DNA from: Trypanosoma brucei
Lineage: Eukaryota
Assembly (NCBI GenBank): GCA_000002445.1
Contig: CH464491.1
Coordinates: 3,008,001 to 3,072,000 of the forward strand
Length of the DNA stretch: 64,000 nucleotides
Direction: 5' to 3'
The notes under the pieces were generated by a model. The model ran no database searches, had not been told where the DNA came from, and saw only the letters and a list, made by a program, of their open reading frames with translations. Both the position numbers and the translations under genes were made by a program. Below are positions 19,759 through 31,011 of this stretch, one piece after another (the stretch's first letter is position 1; the number at the start of each line of letters is the position of its first letter).

Positions 19759-20640
19759 ATGGCAAACTGTACGACTCAGGCATCCGATGAGGAGAATGGT
19801 TTGGCGTTTCTGTGTTGGCGTCGTTGCTTGTCGCTGCTCCTTCCCTCCCACTGCGCAGTGCAAGGGAAGACCGTTGACGAGATGTGGATGCGGTACATTT
19901 TTGACCGATACACGGAGCCACAAAGGTACTATCACACAATGGCACATGTTGAAGAGATGTTGAATTACTTTCTTCAATACCAGAAGGGAACCCGCCCAGA
20001 TCATAGGCTGCCAGAGGACGGTGCGAGGTGTCTCGCTTTGGAACTTGCGGTACTGTTCCATGATGTTGTGTACGACCCGAAGCGCGGTGACAACGAGGAG
20101 TGCAGCGCAGATTGGTTCTCTGCCTTCTGGGAGGAGTGCCGAGAATTGGCTGTTTCATGGGAAACTAAGATGACAAGTGGAGACGATCGGTTACAGCAGC
20201 AGCAGAGGGAGAAGTTGATATGGCACAACGCCAAGGCCGCTATGGACATTAAGATGACAGTGGTGGATTTTATTCTCCGTACGAAGCACCACATGTCTGT
20301 CGAACCGTGTTACAGGAGAGACTTGCCTGGCGGGGGCGAGGGCGCTTTGGAGACGGGAAACCCACCACCGGATCTTCATTTGTTTCTTGACCTCGACTTG
20401 GCAATCCTTGGAAGTGAAGCCGACAGGTACATGCGGTATGCGAGTGATGTGAGACGAGAATACGCGTGGTACAGCGATGAAGAATTTTCGCGGGGTCGCA
20501 TTGCCTTTTTACAAGGGTTTCTGAATTACCCGCAGTGGTACAAAACTAAATATTTTTGCGATGCGATGGAGGAAACGGCGAGAGCCAACGTAACGGCAGA
20601 GCTAAAGTTGTTGGAGGAACGGCTTGGGAGAACCGCGTAA
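19759..20640 (+). CDS. HD-domain metal-dependent phosphohydrolase-like protein
   Basis: 293-aa ORF. His/Asp ligand motifs are spaced as in the HD superfamily: YHTMAHVEEML ... LELAVLFHDVVYDPKRGDNEECSA ... LDLAILG. Confidence 0.55.
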   Translation: MANCTTQASDEENGLAFLCWRRCLSLLLPSHCAVQGKTVDEMWMRYIFDRYTEPQRYYHTMAHVEEMLNYFLQYQKGTRPDHRLPEDGARCLALELAVLFHDVVYDPKRGDNEECSADWFSAFWEECRELAVSWETKMTSGDDRLQQQQREKLIWHNAKAAMDIKMTVVDFILRTKHHMSVEPCYRRDLPGGGEGALETGNPPPDLHLFLDLDLAILGSEADRYMRYASDVRREYAWYSDEEFSRGRIAFLQGFLNYPQWYKTKYFCDAMEETARANVTAELKLLEERLGRTA

Positions 20641-21095
20641 TTCCTTGTGTTCATTTCGTCTGTGCGCGTGGGCTAGGGTTTGCTCCTGCGTTTCGTCAGT
20701 TATTTTCCCACAGCCCTGCCACTTGCATCAAAACAGAACCCATTCAGTTTGGTGACTTATTTTACCTCGTTATGCTTGACTTTTGGCTCTAACGCGTTAT
20801 CTTTGCATTGCGTTGTAGTAATTGTGGCTTCTCGTTGCCCTCTTCCAGGCGTTTCTGCGCAGCGTGTAGCTCGTGATGTAGGGCGCAAGCTTTCGATCCC
20901 TCCCACACATCTGTCTGTTTCTTCATAACGGCTTCTTACAATTATATGCTCTCGTTCTCCTTTGTCTACATTCCCCCCCCCATTGCTAACTCATTGCCGT
21001 CGTTTGATGATAACCACCGTCCTGTCCACCATCTTTATTGTGATGCGTGGGGAAATAGACTCCATTAACGCACAATTGTATTCGATAACAGCAGT

Positions 21096-21752
21096 ATGTC
21101 TGAGTTCCAAAGGTTTGTTAAGCTTCTTGAGCAGACAGATGGCCGCGACAAGATTCTAAAGGCATTTTCTGGTGTCTTTAAGGCACTTGGCTCCCTCGAC
21201 ACCTGTCAGAGCCGCTCAAGTGCGTTTGGCGCCGTCGGGAAGTCTATTGGAGACGCCCGTTGTCTCCTTCGTATGGCGAAGTGGGTGGGTGATGTGCCCA
21301 AGATGCAGAATACCATTCAGGATTGCAGGGCAAAGGGCAAGGTCAACATGAAAGAGGTCTTGAAGTTCCTCCGCGTGCTGTGCAACTTCCTCTATGTGCT
21401 CGGCGACAATGTGGCCTTCGTCGCCCGCTACAATTTGTTGGCTTTGCGGCACAAGAGCATCCACCTAAAGGCAAAAACAGCGCAATTCTGGGGATTCTTC
21501 CTTGCCGCTGTGCTTGATGTTGTTGCCCTTTACGGTGCGCTTCAGAAGCGTGCGAGTGACCCCGCCACAAGCAAGAAGGAGATGAAGGCAGCACTTATCA
21601 GTTTCGTAAAGGATGCCTCGGACACCCTCGTAACAATGGCCTTTGTTGGTTACCTCCGTGAAGTCTGGCGACCCAGCGCGACAACTTCTGGAGCTCTCAC
21701 TGCAGTTGCTGGTGGTGTTGCAACGTATTTGAACTGGAACAAGATCAAATAG
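21096..21752 (+). CDS. PEX11: Peroxisomal/glycosomal membrane protein PEX11
   Basis: Starts MSEFQRFVKLLEQTDGRDKILKAFSGVFKALG, which carries the conserved PEX11 N-terminal GRDK-containing amphipathic helix. At 218 aa it has the typical PEX11 size, with a hydrophobic C-terminal segment (ALTAVAGGVATYLNW). Confidence 0.8.
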   Translation: MSEFQRFVKLLEQTDGRDKILKAFSGVFKALGSLDTCQSRSSAFGAVGKSIGDARCLLRMAKWVGDVPKMQNTIQDCRAKGKVNMKEVLKFLRVLCNFLYVLGDNVAFVARYNLLALRHKSIHLKAKTAQFWGFFLAAVLDVVALYGALQKRASDPATSKKEMKAALISFVKDASDTLVTMAFVGYLREVWRPSATTSGALTAVAGGVATYLNWNKIK

Positions 21753-21947
21753 ACAAGGGTCACAGGCTGCCAGCCGCCGGAAACTGGCTGCTGCGCGATG
21801 TGAAAAGGAGAGAAGAAAAGTGAAAAAAACATAAAGGAAGAAAGGGTTATTGATAGCGGCAATACGCGTTCACGCCAATTTGCAAGTAGGTGCTAGGCAC
21901 TGGAGGGGGTGAATAAACGGGTGAGAAAGCAGCAAAGAGACAATGTT

Positions 21948-21966
21948 TATATATATATATATATAT
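21948..21966. repeat. (TA)n microsatellite
   Basis: tatatatatatatatatat. Confidence 0.9.
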
Positions 21967-23504
21967 GTTCATCATCCCGAGTTGTGATGCAACGCCTAGA
22001 GGAAAGGATGAGGTGGAAGTGTCCGCTCGCATGCGCATATTTATTTACTCATTTTTTTTATAATTAACTTAAACAAGAGAAGGGATCCCCCGTTCATTCT
22101 CCAAATATATTTGGAGTGGGGTCTGGTCATGAGAGAGTGCTTTTCTCACTGTTTTGTTCATTTTTCTTTACCCACTCTTGGCTGACTCCAAAAAAAAAAC
22201 TTGGAGCGAGGAGAAAGAAAAAGAGGGGGGTGATAGGGGATAGTGGGGGGAAGAGAGTAAAATGTGCAGTGAGAAGGCCACCAGAACCGAAATGAGTAAT
22301 GTAAAGGAGAGACCTGTGGAGTGTGGGAATGGGGTACTCCACACAGATAGATAAGTGGCCACAGACCGGCCACTCGTCGGTGTGTGCGGGTAGTGTATGA
22401 TATGCCGCTGCAGGCAAACTGAAAGCAAAAAAATTAACGGAGATATCCCAATAAGGACAAATATGGAAACAACGACATCTTCTTTTTCCTTTCCTTTACT
22501 TCTAAGAAGCTGCGAAGGTATGCAAGGATAGTTATGAACGAGAAGGGAAGGTTCTCAAGGTGCGACATCTATGTGTCTAATATCATTCCATCATGCGCGC
22601 AGCTTCGCAGGTAAACGTTGGGAGAGGGAGAAGTGAGGCTATGGGAGAACGGTGCAGCTCCAGCAACTGCTGGAGCTGCAGTGTATGTGCTTGCATCTTT
22701 GATCCTTCGTGTTTCCGTGTAACGCTGCGAAACTTTTCTCGGTACCCCACCCTTTTTTTTGTTGTTGTACCGGCTTCATTAAGGTTGCGTGCTGAAGACC
22801 TCTTAAGTTTTGAGATGTGGAAACTGGACGGCGTGCTCGGCAATTGGCGGTATTGCCTCCAGCACGCGGCCAGCTTTATGCATTGGCTCCCTCCTCCTCT
22901 ATCATCACCATCTTTATGGCTAACACTTTTGGAGATTGCGTGTTAATGATGTTCTTGTCCTTTTGGTTGCCTCTTAGTGCTGGCCGCTTATTCTGTCGGT
23001 TGATGCAATTTCGTACATGCTTTATTATTGTGGTGATGTTAGTGGAAGTACTTCCCACGCCGGTTGCCGGTTAACTTTAAATGCCCCATTCCTCTTCCTG
23101 TTCATATTGTTATCTTTACATCATCGTTTTGCTTTCGTATTTTTTTGTTCGTAGGACCGCTGTCTGGTAAGTACAGATTAATTCGAGCGAACGTGGGGGC
23201 GACAACGGGTGGGTCGGGGCTATGTAAGGCCAGGTGCTAGACTTCTCCGCATCGGCAGTGTGTTAAAGAGCACGGTTTCTTACATCGTGGAAGGATGTGG
23301 GATTGTCGCTACCCTTGTTAATGAATTTCATCTTGCACACAGTTTTTTCGAAGTTGTTTTGTTAACCTTTCTTACGTATATTCGGCCGCAATCTTTTTAA
23401 AAAGTGTTTTCCACTCCCTCCACCGCCTTCATTCATTTCTCCACGCCCACCGGCAACATAGCTGTAGCGGTTTTGTGATCGGAGGTTGAGAGTTCTGTTG
23501 CCTA

Positions 23505-25340
23505 GTGGATGCGAGAGGTTGCGCAATGGCGTCGTTAGCAGCAAAAAAAGACGGAGGTGACATCAATGGGGGCCCGTCTGAGGAAGAGGATCAGCTCCAA
23601 CAACTCTTAGGGACTTCTTGTTGTGTTAATCTCAGCGACTCCACGGTGAAGCGTGGTTTTCTGTTGGAAGTGCGATACCTCTGGCTGCCCAGGTTGCTAA
23701 GTGGTAACGGCACTACTGGTGTAGCTCCACAACTCTATGGGTTTGTGCGCATAAAGGACGCGGACCACCGTATTAGTGGCTGGTTCCCCATTGACTGTAT
23801 TGACCTTAAGGAAACTGGAGGGGCTAATGGAGCTACGAGTTGCGGCAGCAGCTACCCTACGAACAGCGCAGCTTACAACTCAATGGTGGTAGCAAAGAGC
23901 AAAATCACGCATCCCATAATTAGTCCGGTATACCGGGAGGTTACACCGGGAATGGTACGGACCCGCCGTGAGGGGAAGCAGCTCGACTTCTTTGAGGAAC
24001 GCCTCCTCCGCGACTGCCGGACTCCCACCACAGTGCGATACTTCATATACCTGTGTAAGTTTGCCTTTCCTCCCTGGTACTATGCGCCTTATGGTATGCT
24101 GAATCGCGAATACGATCCTTTAGCACCTTTAAGCGACGCAGAGCGGGAGGCGTTGCGTTTCACTGAGGGGAGCACCAATGAAAGCATTGATACTAACCCT
24201 TTCATTCGAGATGCTTACCTTTGCCCGTTCTCCCTCCGTATATATAGTACCTTCGAGCAGATGCAGCACGAAACCCTAAGATATCGCGCTGGTCACTTGC
24301 ACCCCCCCGGACTTGAGATTTATCGGGACGACACCCGTGGGTTTTCCATGTTCGAGGTGAATGGGAGTCGTCACGTCACGTACTGCCGTCACTTGTTCTT
24401 GTTAGGGAAGTCGTTCCTTGAGAACAAGTTGGCCGGACATGACGTACACAACTACTACTTTTATGTTGTGTGCCTTCATCATCGGCACTATCCACACTAC
24501 ACGGATGACACCTCCGCTATGTATTTTGTTGGGTATTTCACATGGGAGAAGCAGGTGACTGACAACAATCTGGCATGCATCGTCACTTTACCATACTTTA
24601 TGGGTGGGGGAGCCTCATCGGGACAACAGAATGACTTAAGCGATGATCGCGGCCCAGTTGGGGCAGACACTGCCTCCCGTGAAGGGGACACACCCAAATT
24701 AGGTCATTTTGGGCAATTCATGATCGCTGCGAGCTACGAACTGGCTTACAGGAGGAAGAATGTTGGCTCCCCAGAAAAACCACTCACAGACTTGGGAGCA
24801 GCTGCCTACGACCGCTACTGGAAACGTGTTCTCATAAAGTGGATGCACACGTTACTGGAGGGTAACGCCGCAGCAATTACCGTTGACGACGACGCCGGTG
24901 ATGATGGTCAGTCTGTAACGATTGTGGTGGCCCATGAGAACGAGGCGAAAATGGCGGCCCCGGGGGCCTTAAAGCGACCGCGTCCCGGCACCACTGATGG
25001 GAGCGGCTGCGCGGAGGCGGTGCGGGGTGCACGTGTGGCCGAGGGAGACACCCTGGTGGACACAACCGTTCGGAGTATAGCCAAGCAAGTACGGTTGGAA
25101 GAGGCGGATGTGCTGCGAACTTTGTTACAAATGGGTGTTCTTCACCTTAATGCAGAGGATAGAAGTATGCGCGTCGTCATCCCCGTCTCTTTTGTCAACA
25201 GAGAGTACGGTAAAATGAAAAAGTGGGCACATGACATGACGCGCGCTGAATTTGACCCCAAACTGCTCACTGGCCGTGGCGGGCCTGCCTGGCTTGTTAA
25301 CACACCATCGCCGCGTCGGCACAATCAGCACCAGAGCTGA
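23505..25340 (+). CDS. MYST-family histone acetyltransferase
   Basis: Contains HLHPPGLEIYRD and FEVNGSRHVTYCRHLFLLGKSFLENKL. An acetyl-CoA-binding region is also present, with NNLACIVTLPYFMG ... GHFGQFMIAASYELAYRR ... PEKPLTDLGAAAYDRYWKRVLIKW. Confidence 0.8.
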   Translation: MDARGCAMASLAAKKDGGDINGGPSEEEDQLQQLLGTSCCVNLSDSTVKRGFLLEVRYLWLPRLLSGNGTTGVAPQLYGFVRIKDADHRISGWFPIDCIDLKETGGANGATSCGSSYPTNSAAYNSMVVAKSKITHPIISPVYREVTPGMVRTRREGKQLDFFEERLLRDCRTPTTVRYFIYLCKFAFPPWYYAPYGMLNREYDPLAPLSDAEREALRFTEGSTNESIDTNPFIRDAYLCPFSLRIYSTFEQMQHETLRYRAGHLHPPGLEIYRDDTRGFSMFEVNGSRHVTYCRHLFLLGKSFLENKLAGHDVHNYYFYVVCLHHRHYPHYTDDTSAMYFVGYFTWEKQVTDNNLACIVTLPYFMGGGASSGQQNDLSDDRGPVGADTASREGDTPKLGHFGQFMIAASYELAYRRKNVGSPEKPLTDLGAAAYDRYWKRVLIKWMHTLLEGNAAAITVDDDAGDDGQSVTIVVAHENEAKMAAPGALKRPRPGTTDGSGCAEAVRGARVAEGDTLVDTTVRSIAKQVRLEEADVLRTLLQMGVLHLNAEDRSMRVVIPVSFVNREYGKMKKWAHDMTRAEFDPKLLTGRGGPAWLVNTPSPRRHNQHQS

Positions 25341-25510
25341 TGTGTCGTCCCTCCCACAATATAAATGGTCTTTTATTTCTAACTTACCTTTCCCAGAGTC
25401 AGTGCTTCTGCGGTTTCTGTCTTACTCGTGGGTGTATGACTGCCTCTGTGTGACCTCCATTTCCCACACAAATTATTGCGGCTGCGTTGCACCCCTTTTA
25501 TAAATTACAT

Positions 25511-25590
25511 TTATGCCATCCGTGTCCTTCTTTTTATCAATGTCCCTACCTCACTCTTCTATTCACTATTGTTTCATTCCTTGCGGTAGC
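25511..25590 (+). promoter_or_regulatory. Polypyrimidine tract upstream of the topoisomerase II gene
   Basis: ttatgccatccgtgtccttctttttatcaatgtccctacctcactcttctattcactattgtttcattcc. Confidence 0.4.
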
Positions 25591-25933
25591 ATCGTCAGAT
25601 TTTGCACTAGTGTAAAAAGAAAAATAACACAAATTTATTACCGGCAAGAAGGCTTACAAAATCCGGTGCACACCGCTTCTTAATTAAAAAAAATACTCAT
25701 ATAGATATATCCAGAGGGGTTCTACGAACCATACACATCATATACACAACCCTCATCAGTATAAACAAAAAAATTACTAAGAACCAACCGAAACAGAGTT
25801 ACTACGTCAGACATAAATATTCAGACAAAGTACCACATTAAGTGTTGGGAGTGCTCAGTTGGGGAGGCAACTGAGTTTCTTCCAGCCGTGTGACGCGTGG
25901 GAGGAGGAAATCGGAACCGGGCCCGAAAGCACA

Positions 25934-28900
25934 ATGTCGGGTCGCACCGTTGAGGAAATATACCAAAAGAAAACGCAGCATGAACATATCCTTGCCCGAC
26001 CTGATATGTACATTGGTACAATCGAGCCTGTAACGGAGGATGTGTGGGTGTACGACGAGGCGGACAATGTGATGAAGCTACGGAAATGCACATGGACACC
26101 TGGTCTGTATAAAATATTCGACGAGATACTCGTTAATGCTGCAGACAATAAGGTACGTGATCCCCATGGGCAGACGACCATCAAAGTGTGGGTTGATGCC
26201 GCGAGGGGACTAGTGCGTGTGTACAACAATGGTGAGGGTATTCCCGTACAACGCCACCGGGAGCATGACTTATGGGTACCAGAGATGATATTTGGTCACC
26301 TGCTGACTTCGTCAAATTACGATGACACAGAGGCAAAGGTGACGGGTGGGAGGAACGGGTTTGGTGCGAAGCTGACGAACGTGTTTTCCACACGCTTTGA
26401 GGTGGAAACAGTTCACTCCCGGTCGCGTAAGAAGTTCTTTATGCGGTGGCGAAATAACATGCTGGAGAACGAGGAGGCTGTAATCACCCCTTGTGATGGT
26501 CCTGACTATACTGTTGTGACTTTCTACCCGGACTTCGAGAAGTTCAATTTGGAAGGTTTCACGGAGGACATGGTTCTCATCATGCAGCGTCGTGTGTATG
26601 ATATAGCAGGCTGCACAGACAAGTCGTTGTGCTGCTACCTTAATGATACACGGATTGCATGCAGGTCCTTTCCCGAGTACGTAGATTTATATCCCACGAT
26701 GGGTGAGGAACGTAAACCTTCTAGCTACTCCCGAGTAAATGACCGATGGGAAGTTTGTGTGCGTGTCTCAAATGTTGGGTTCCAGCAGGTGAGCTTCGTC
26801 AATTCGATTGCAACGACACGTGGCGGGACGCACGTGAAGTACATCGTGGATCAGATTATTGCTAAGGTGACAGATCAAGCGATGCGTAAAAGCAAGACGG
26901 AGGTGAAACCACACATGATCCGACCGCATCTTTTCATTTTCGTCAATTCACTAATTGAGAACCCCAGTTTTGATTCCCAAACAAAGGAGACGCTGAACAC
27001 ACCTAAAGCACGCTTCGGTTCTACTTGTGATCTCCCTGCGTCTTTGATTGACTGCGTGCTGAAGTCGAGTATCGTGGAGCGTGCGGTGGAGATGGCGAAC
27101 AGCAGACTGAACCGTGAGATGGCCATGAAAATGCGCAACACGAATCGTAAACAGATATTGGGAATACCTAAGTTGGACGATGCGAATGAAGCTGGTGGAA
27201 AGTACAGCCAACGTTGCACCCTGATACTTACTGAGGGAGATTCCGCCAAGGCTCTCTGTACTGCTGGGCTGGCTGTTGAAAATAGAGACTATTTCGGTGT
27301 CTTCCCCTTGCGCGGTAAGCCACTCAATGTTCGTGATGCTTCAGTAAAGAAAGTGATGGGATGTGCTGAATTTCAAGCGGTAAGTAAGATCATGGGCCTT
27401 GATCTCAGCCAGAAGTATACGAGCACCGAAGGACTGCGGTATGGGCACCTGATGATTATGTCTGATCAGGATCACGATGGGTCACACATTAAGGGTCTCA
27501 TCATCAATATGATTCATAATTATTGGCCTGACCTGCTGAAAGTGCCTGGCTTCCTCCAGCAGTTCATAACTCCCATTGTGAAGGCGCGCAAGAAGGGAAG
27601 AGGGAACAATGACGAAGGTACTATTTCCTTCTTTTCCATGCCTGACTATTTTGAGTGGAAAAATGCGGTTGGTGAGGGCATCAAGAATTATGAGCTGAGG
27701 TATTACAAGGGTCTTGGTACCTCCGGTGCAAAGGAGGGTCGTGAGTACTTTGAGAACATTGACCGTCACCGACTAAACTTTGTATATGAAGATAGAAAGG
27801 ACGATGATGACATTGTGATGGCCTTCGCGAAGGACAAGGTTGACGAGCGTAAGCGGTGGATTACCGAATTTAAGGCAAATACGAACATTAATGAGTCCAT
27901 GAACTATAACGTCCGGAACGTATCCTACTCTGAATTTGTTCACAAAGAGCTTATTCTTTTCTCTGTCGCAGATTGTGAGCGGTCTATTCCCAGTGTTGTG
28001 GATGGTTTAAAACCTGGGCAGCGGAAGATAATGTTTTCAGCGTTTAAGCGTAATCTTGTTCGATCGCTTAAGGTGGCTCAGCTTGCTGGTTACGTCTCAG
28101 AGCACGCTGCATATCACCACGGCGAGCAGTCATTGGTTCAAACCATTGTTGGACTTGCACAGGATTACGTGGGTGCAAACAATGTCCCACTCCTCTACCG
28201 TGATGGTCAATTTGGTACAAGACTACAGGGAGGTAAGGACCATGCTGCGGGACGTTACATTTTCACCCGTCTCACTGACATTGCGCGTCGCATTTACCAT
28301 CCCTCCGATGATTTTATTGTAGAATACAGGGATGACGATGGTCTTTCTGTGGAACCTTTTTACTATGTTCCTGTGATTCCTATGGTGCTTGTGAACGGGA
28401 CTGCTGGTATTGGCACTGGTTTTGCTACGAACATACCCAACTATTCTCCCCTTGATGTCATTGACAACCTAAACCGTCTGCTCTCTGGGGAGGAATTGCA
28501 ACCAATGAAACCATGGTATTTTGGATTCACCGGTACGATTGAGGAACGGGAGAAGGGTAAATTTGTGTCGTCTGGGTGTGCGACTGTGCGTCCTGATGGG
28601 GTGGTACACATCACGGAGCTTCCTATCGGCACGTGGACGCAGCAATATAAGAAGTTCTTGGAGGACCTTCGTGAACGCGAGATTGTTATACAGTACCGTG
28701 AGCACAATACAGATGTGACAGTTGACTTCGAAGTGTTCATTCATCCTGAAGTGCTGCGGCAGTGGGTAGCACAGGGGTGTGTGGAGGAACGTTTGCAGCT
28801 ACGGGAATACATCCATGCGACGAACATCATTGCATTTGACCGAGAAGGGAAGATTACGAAATACCTTGATGCTGAGTCTGTACTGAAGGAGTTCTACCTG

Positions 28901-30208
28901 GTTCGTCTCGAGTACTACGCTCGCCGTCGTGAGTTCTTGCTGGAGCAATTGCAACGCGCGGCACTCAAGCTTGAGAATATGGTTCGTTTTGTGAATGAGG
29001 TTATTGATGGCACATTTATTGTTACACGGAGGAGCATGAAGGATGTGTTGAAGGACTTAAAGCAACGTGGATACACTCCCTTCCCCCCGCAGCAAAAGAA
29101 GAAGATGAGCTCCACCACTATCGTTGATGAGGAGGATAACGATGGTGCGCGTAAAATATTACCCGATGTTTTTGAGTTTGAAAGTGTTCCGTTGTGCGAG
29201 CAAGTAATTGGAAAAATCTTATGCACAGCTGAGCCGGAAGAGATTAATATGTGGAAAGGGGTCTTAGTTGAATACGACTACCTGCTCAGTCTAAGGATGG
29301 TGGACTTAACAGTGGAAATGGCTATGTACTTTCGTACAAAGAGGGAACAAATGCTGAATAAGCATAATTTTGTGCTGTCTGCTTCCTCGAAGGACTTGTG
29401 GCGTGAGGACTTGGATCTCCTGCGGTCCGATATTGAAAAACTTTTTGACGAACGGAGAAGAGAGATTGCGCTGATCCAATGTAAGAAACTTGAGAAGAGG
29501 CAGTTTTTTGATGTTTCGCGGTTGCGTGTACCTCTGCTGTCGGATGCGGCGCGGAAAGCTGATCGTAGTTTAGCACTTCGACAGTCGAACTGTAAGCGTG
29601 AAATGTCTAGCAAATGTGCCAGTGAAAGTTTTGCCCTTTTGGTCGATGCGGGTGTTCGGGTTAGCGGGTTAACTGAAGGTTCTTCGATCTGTGATATAAA
29701 CGAGGCAAGGAGGAAATATGGACACTCAGTCGCTGGAGGTAAAAGGAGGTTGGTGCGTCATGATGAGGTTAGTAAGCGTGGGAAATTTTCTTCCTGTGGG
29801 GATCAAAGACATGTTTCCCTTTCAGATGGCTCTGATACGGATGATTGTAGCATTGGGGCGCCGAGTGTTTCACCCTCCGATGCGACCCCGGCGACTCAAA
29901 AATCGAGGAAAATATCCGATTCTTCTTATGGGTTCGGTATCGAGGGCGAAGTGGATATATTTTTTGAAGATACCGTCGGGGAAGATTTTTCGGAGCCAGC
30001 GACGCAGGCTAACATTGTGCGTTCCAAGTCAGAATCACCAGTCCTCGACTTTTCAGCAGAATATGCAACCGAACCAAAAAGCAGGAAACGACCCCGTAGC
30101 ATTGAGGACAACGATGAAAACACGTGTCCCTTTTACGTTGACGTGGTTGGTGAAGACGTGGAATATGACTCAGATCAATGCATTGGGTTTGATGCCTGCG
30201 TATTTTGA
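25934..30208 (+). CDS. TOP2: DNA topoisomerase II. The listed ORF opens at 25859; the start is more likely the in-frame ATG at 25934.
   Basis: Three segments are recognisable:
- The GHKL ATPase domain has RTVEEIYQKKTQHEHILARPDMYIGTIE, IFDEILVNAADNK, GRNGFGAKLTNVFS and QTKETLNT.
- The TOPRIM domain has LILTEGDSAK, GKPLNVRDAS and IMSDQDHDGSHIKGL.
- The DNA-gate/WHD region has the active-site tyrosine context LAQDYVGANNVPLL ... AAGRYIFTRL.
A D/E-rich C-terminal tail follows. Confidence 0.9.
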   Translation: MSGRTVEEIYQKKTQHEHILARPDMYIGTIEPVTEDVWVYDEADNVMKLRKCTWTPGLYKIFDEILVNAADNKVRDPHGQTTIKVWVDAARGLVRVYNNGEGIPVQRHREHDLWVPEMIFGHLLTSSNYDDTEAKVTGGRNGFGAKLTNVFSTRFEVETVHSRSRKKFFMRWRNNMLENEEAVITPCDGPDYTVVTFYPDFEKFNLEGFTEDMVLIMQRRVYDIAGCTDKSLCCYLNDTRIACRSFPEYVDLYPTMGEERKPSSYSRVNDRWEVCVRVSNVGFQQVSFVNSIATTRGGTHVKYIVDQIIAKVTDQAMRKSKTEVKPHMIRPHLFIFVNSLIENPSFDSQTKETLNTPKARFGSTCDLPASLIDCVLKSSIVERAVEMANSRLNREMAMKMRNTNRKQILGIPKLDDANEAGGKYSQRCTLILTEGDSAKALCTAGLAVENRDYFGVFPLRGKPLNVRDASVKKVMGCAEFQAVSKIMGLDLSQKYTSTEGLRYGHLMIMSDQDHDGSHIKGLIINMIHNYWPDLLKVPGFLQQFITPIVKARKKGRGNNDEGTISFFSMPDYFEWKNAVGEGIKNYELRYYKGLGTSGAKEGREYFENIDRHRLNFVYEDRKDDDDIVMAFAKDKVDERKRWITEFKANTNINESMNYNVRNVSYSEFVHKELILFSVADCERSIPSVVDGLKPGQRKIMFSAFKRNLVRSLKVAQLAGYVSEHAAYHHGEQSLVQTIVGLAQDYVGANNVPLLYRDGQFGTRLQGGKDHAAGRYIFTRLTDIARRIYHPSDDFIVEYRDDDGLSVEPFYYVPVIPMVLVNGTAGIGTGFATNIPNYSPLDVIDNLNRLLSGEELQPMKPWYFGFTGTIEEREKGKFVSSGCATVRPDGVVHITELPIGTWTQQYKKFLEDLREREIVIQYREHNTDVTVDFEVFIHPEVLRQWVAQGCVEERLQLREYIHATNIIAFDREGKITKYLDAESVLKEFYLVRLEYYARRREFLLEQLQRAALKLENMVRFVNEVIDGTFIVTRRSMKDVLKDLKQRGYTPFPPQQKKKMSSTTIVDEEDNDGARKILPDVFEFESVPLCEQVIGKILCTAEPEEINMWKGVLVEYDYLLSLRMVDLTVEMAMYFRTKREQMLNKHNFVLSASSKDLWREDLDLLRSDIEKLFDERRREIALIQCKKLEKRQFFDVSRLRVPLLSDAARKADRSLALRQSNCKREMSSKCASESFALLVDAGVRVSGLTEGSSICDINEARRKYGHSVAGGKRRLVRHDEVSKRGKFSSCGDQRHVSLSDGSDTDDCSIGAPSVSPSDATPATQKSRKISDSSYGFGIEGEVDIFFEDTVGEDFSEPATQANIVRSKSESPVLDFSAEYATEPKSRKRPRSIEDNDENTCPFYVDVVGEDVEYDSDQCIGFDACVF

Positions 30209-31011
30209 AAATTAATTTTTTTCTTTTTTACACGAATGTCTGTGTCCCCTCTCTTTTTTTCTTTTTTGGGAAGAGGATGTGAAAGAATAATTAACTACCT
30301 TTTGTTTTACCTATTCGGGTCTTTTTCTTTTCTTTTTTTTTTATAATTGTAAATTGAGCCCTTGAGTCTGGGTCGCAACCGGTTGTGTGCGCACGAGACA
30401 TCAACTTATATGTGATGGCAAAACCGGGGCGTATGACCGAGGGTATAAAGGGGTATGATCTCGGAGGCTCCCAAAGGTAGGGATTTTTCCGGAGACTAAA
30501 TATGTTTATTTTTGTGCTGTTTTGCTAGATTTTGGCTTCTTTTCTCTTTTTAATGTTTTTTCTTTGGTATTTTTCGTTTTTTGGGTTTTTTAATTTTGAG
30601 TACTTTCTATTTGGCCGTCTCTCACGGTGCATTTAGTAACTGCTCAGTTGCTGGTGCGCAGTGATCAATAACATTTTGTCCTCTGGAAACGGCAGTCGCT
30701 TCTTTTTTCTGTTCTCCTTTCTCTCTCTCTATATATATGTATATTTCTCTCTTTTTTTTTTTAATATACTTTTACTGCTTATCCATAATTTTTTTGCTGG
30801 TTCTTCCTGAGAGTCGCGTCATCCACTTCCCATTGCTGCGTGGAGAGTGGACTGAACAGGTTACCGAGCGTTTGGTGCTAACACGGACTCAGTAGGAACT
30901 TTAAGCAGAGGAATAGCTTAGCAATACTAAGGAGCCAGCAAAAAGGTGTGTGTGTGTGGGGACTGCGTTGGAGAGGAGAGGTATCGCCTGTGCAGGAGGT
31001 AGAGGATATAA

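Noticed and set aside
25859-30208. Mitochondrial (kinetoplast) versus nuclear topoisomerase II identity
   Set aside because: There is no N-terminal presequence, and there is a long acidic Ser/Asp-rich C-terminal tail, as in nuclear TOP2. I therefore did not call it the mitochondrial paralog. This rests on recollection of family features only.
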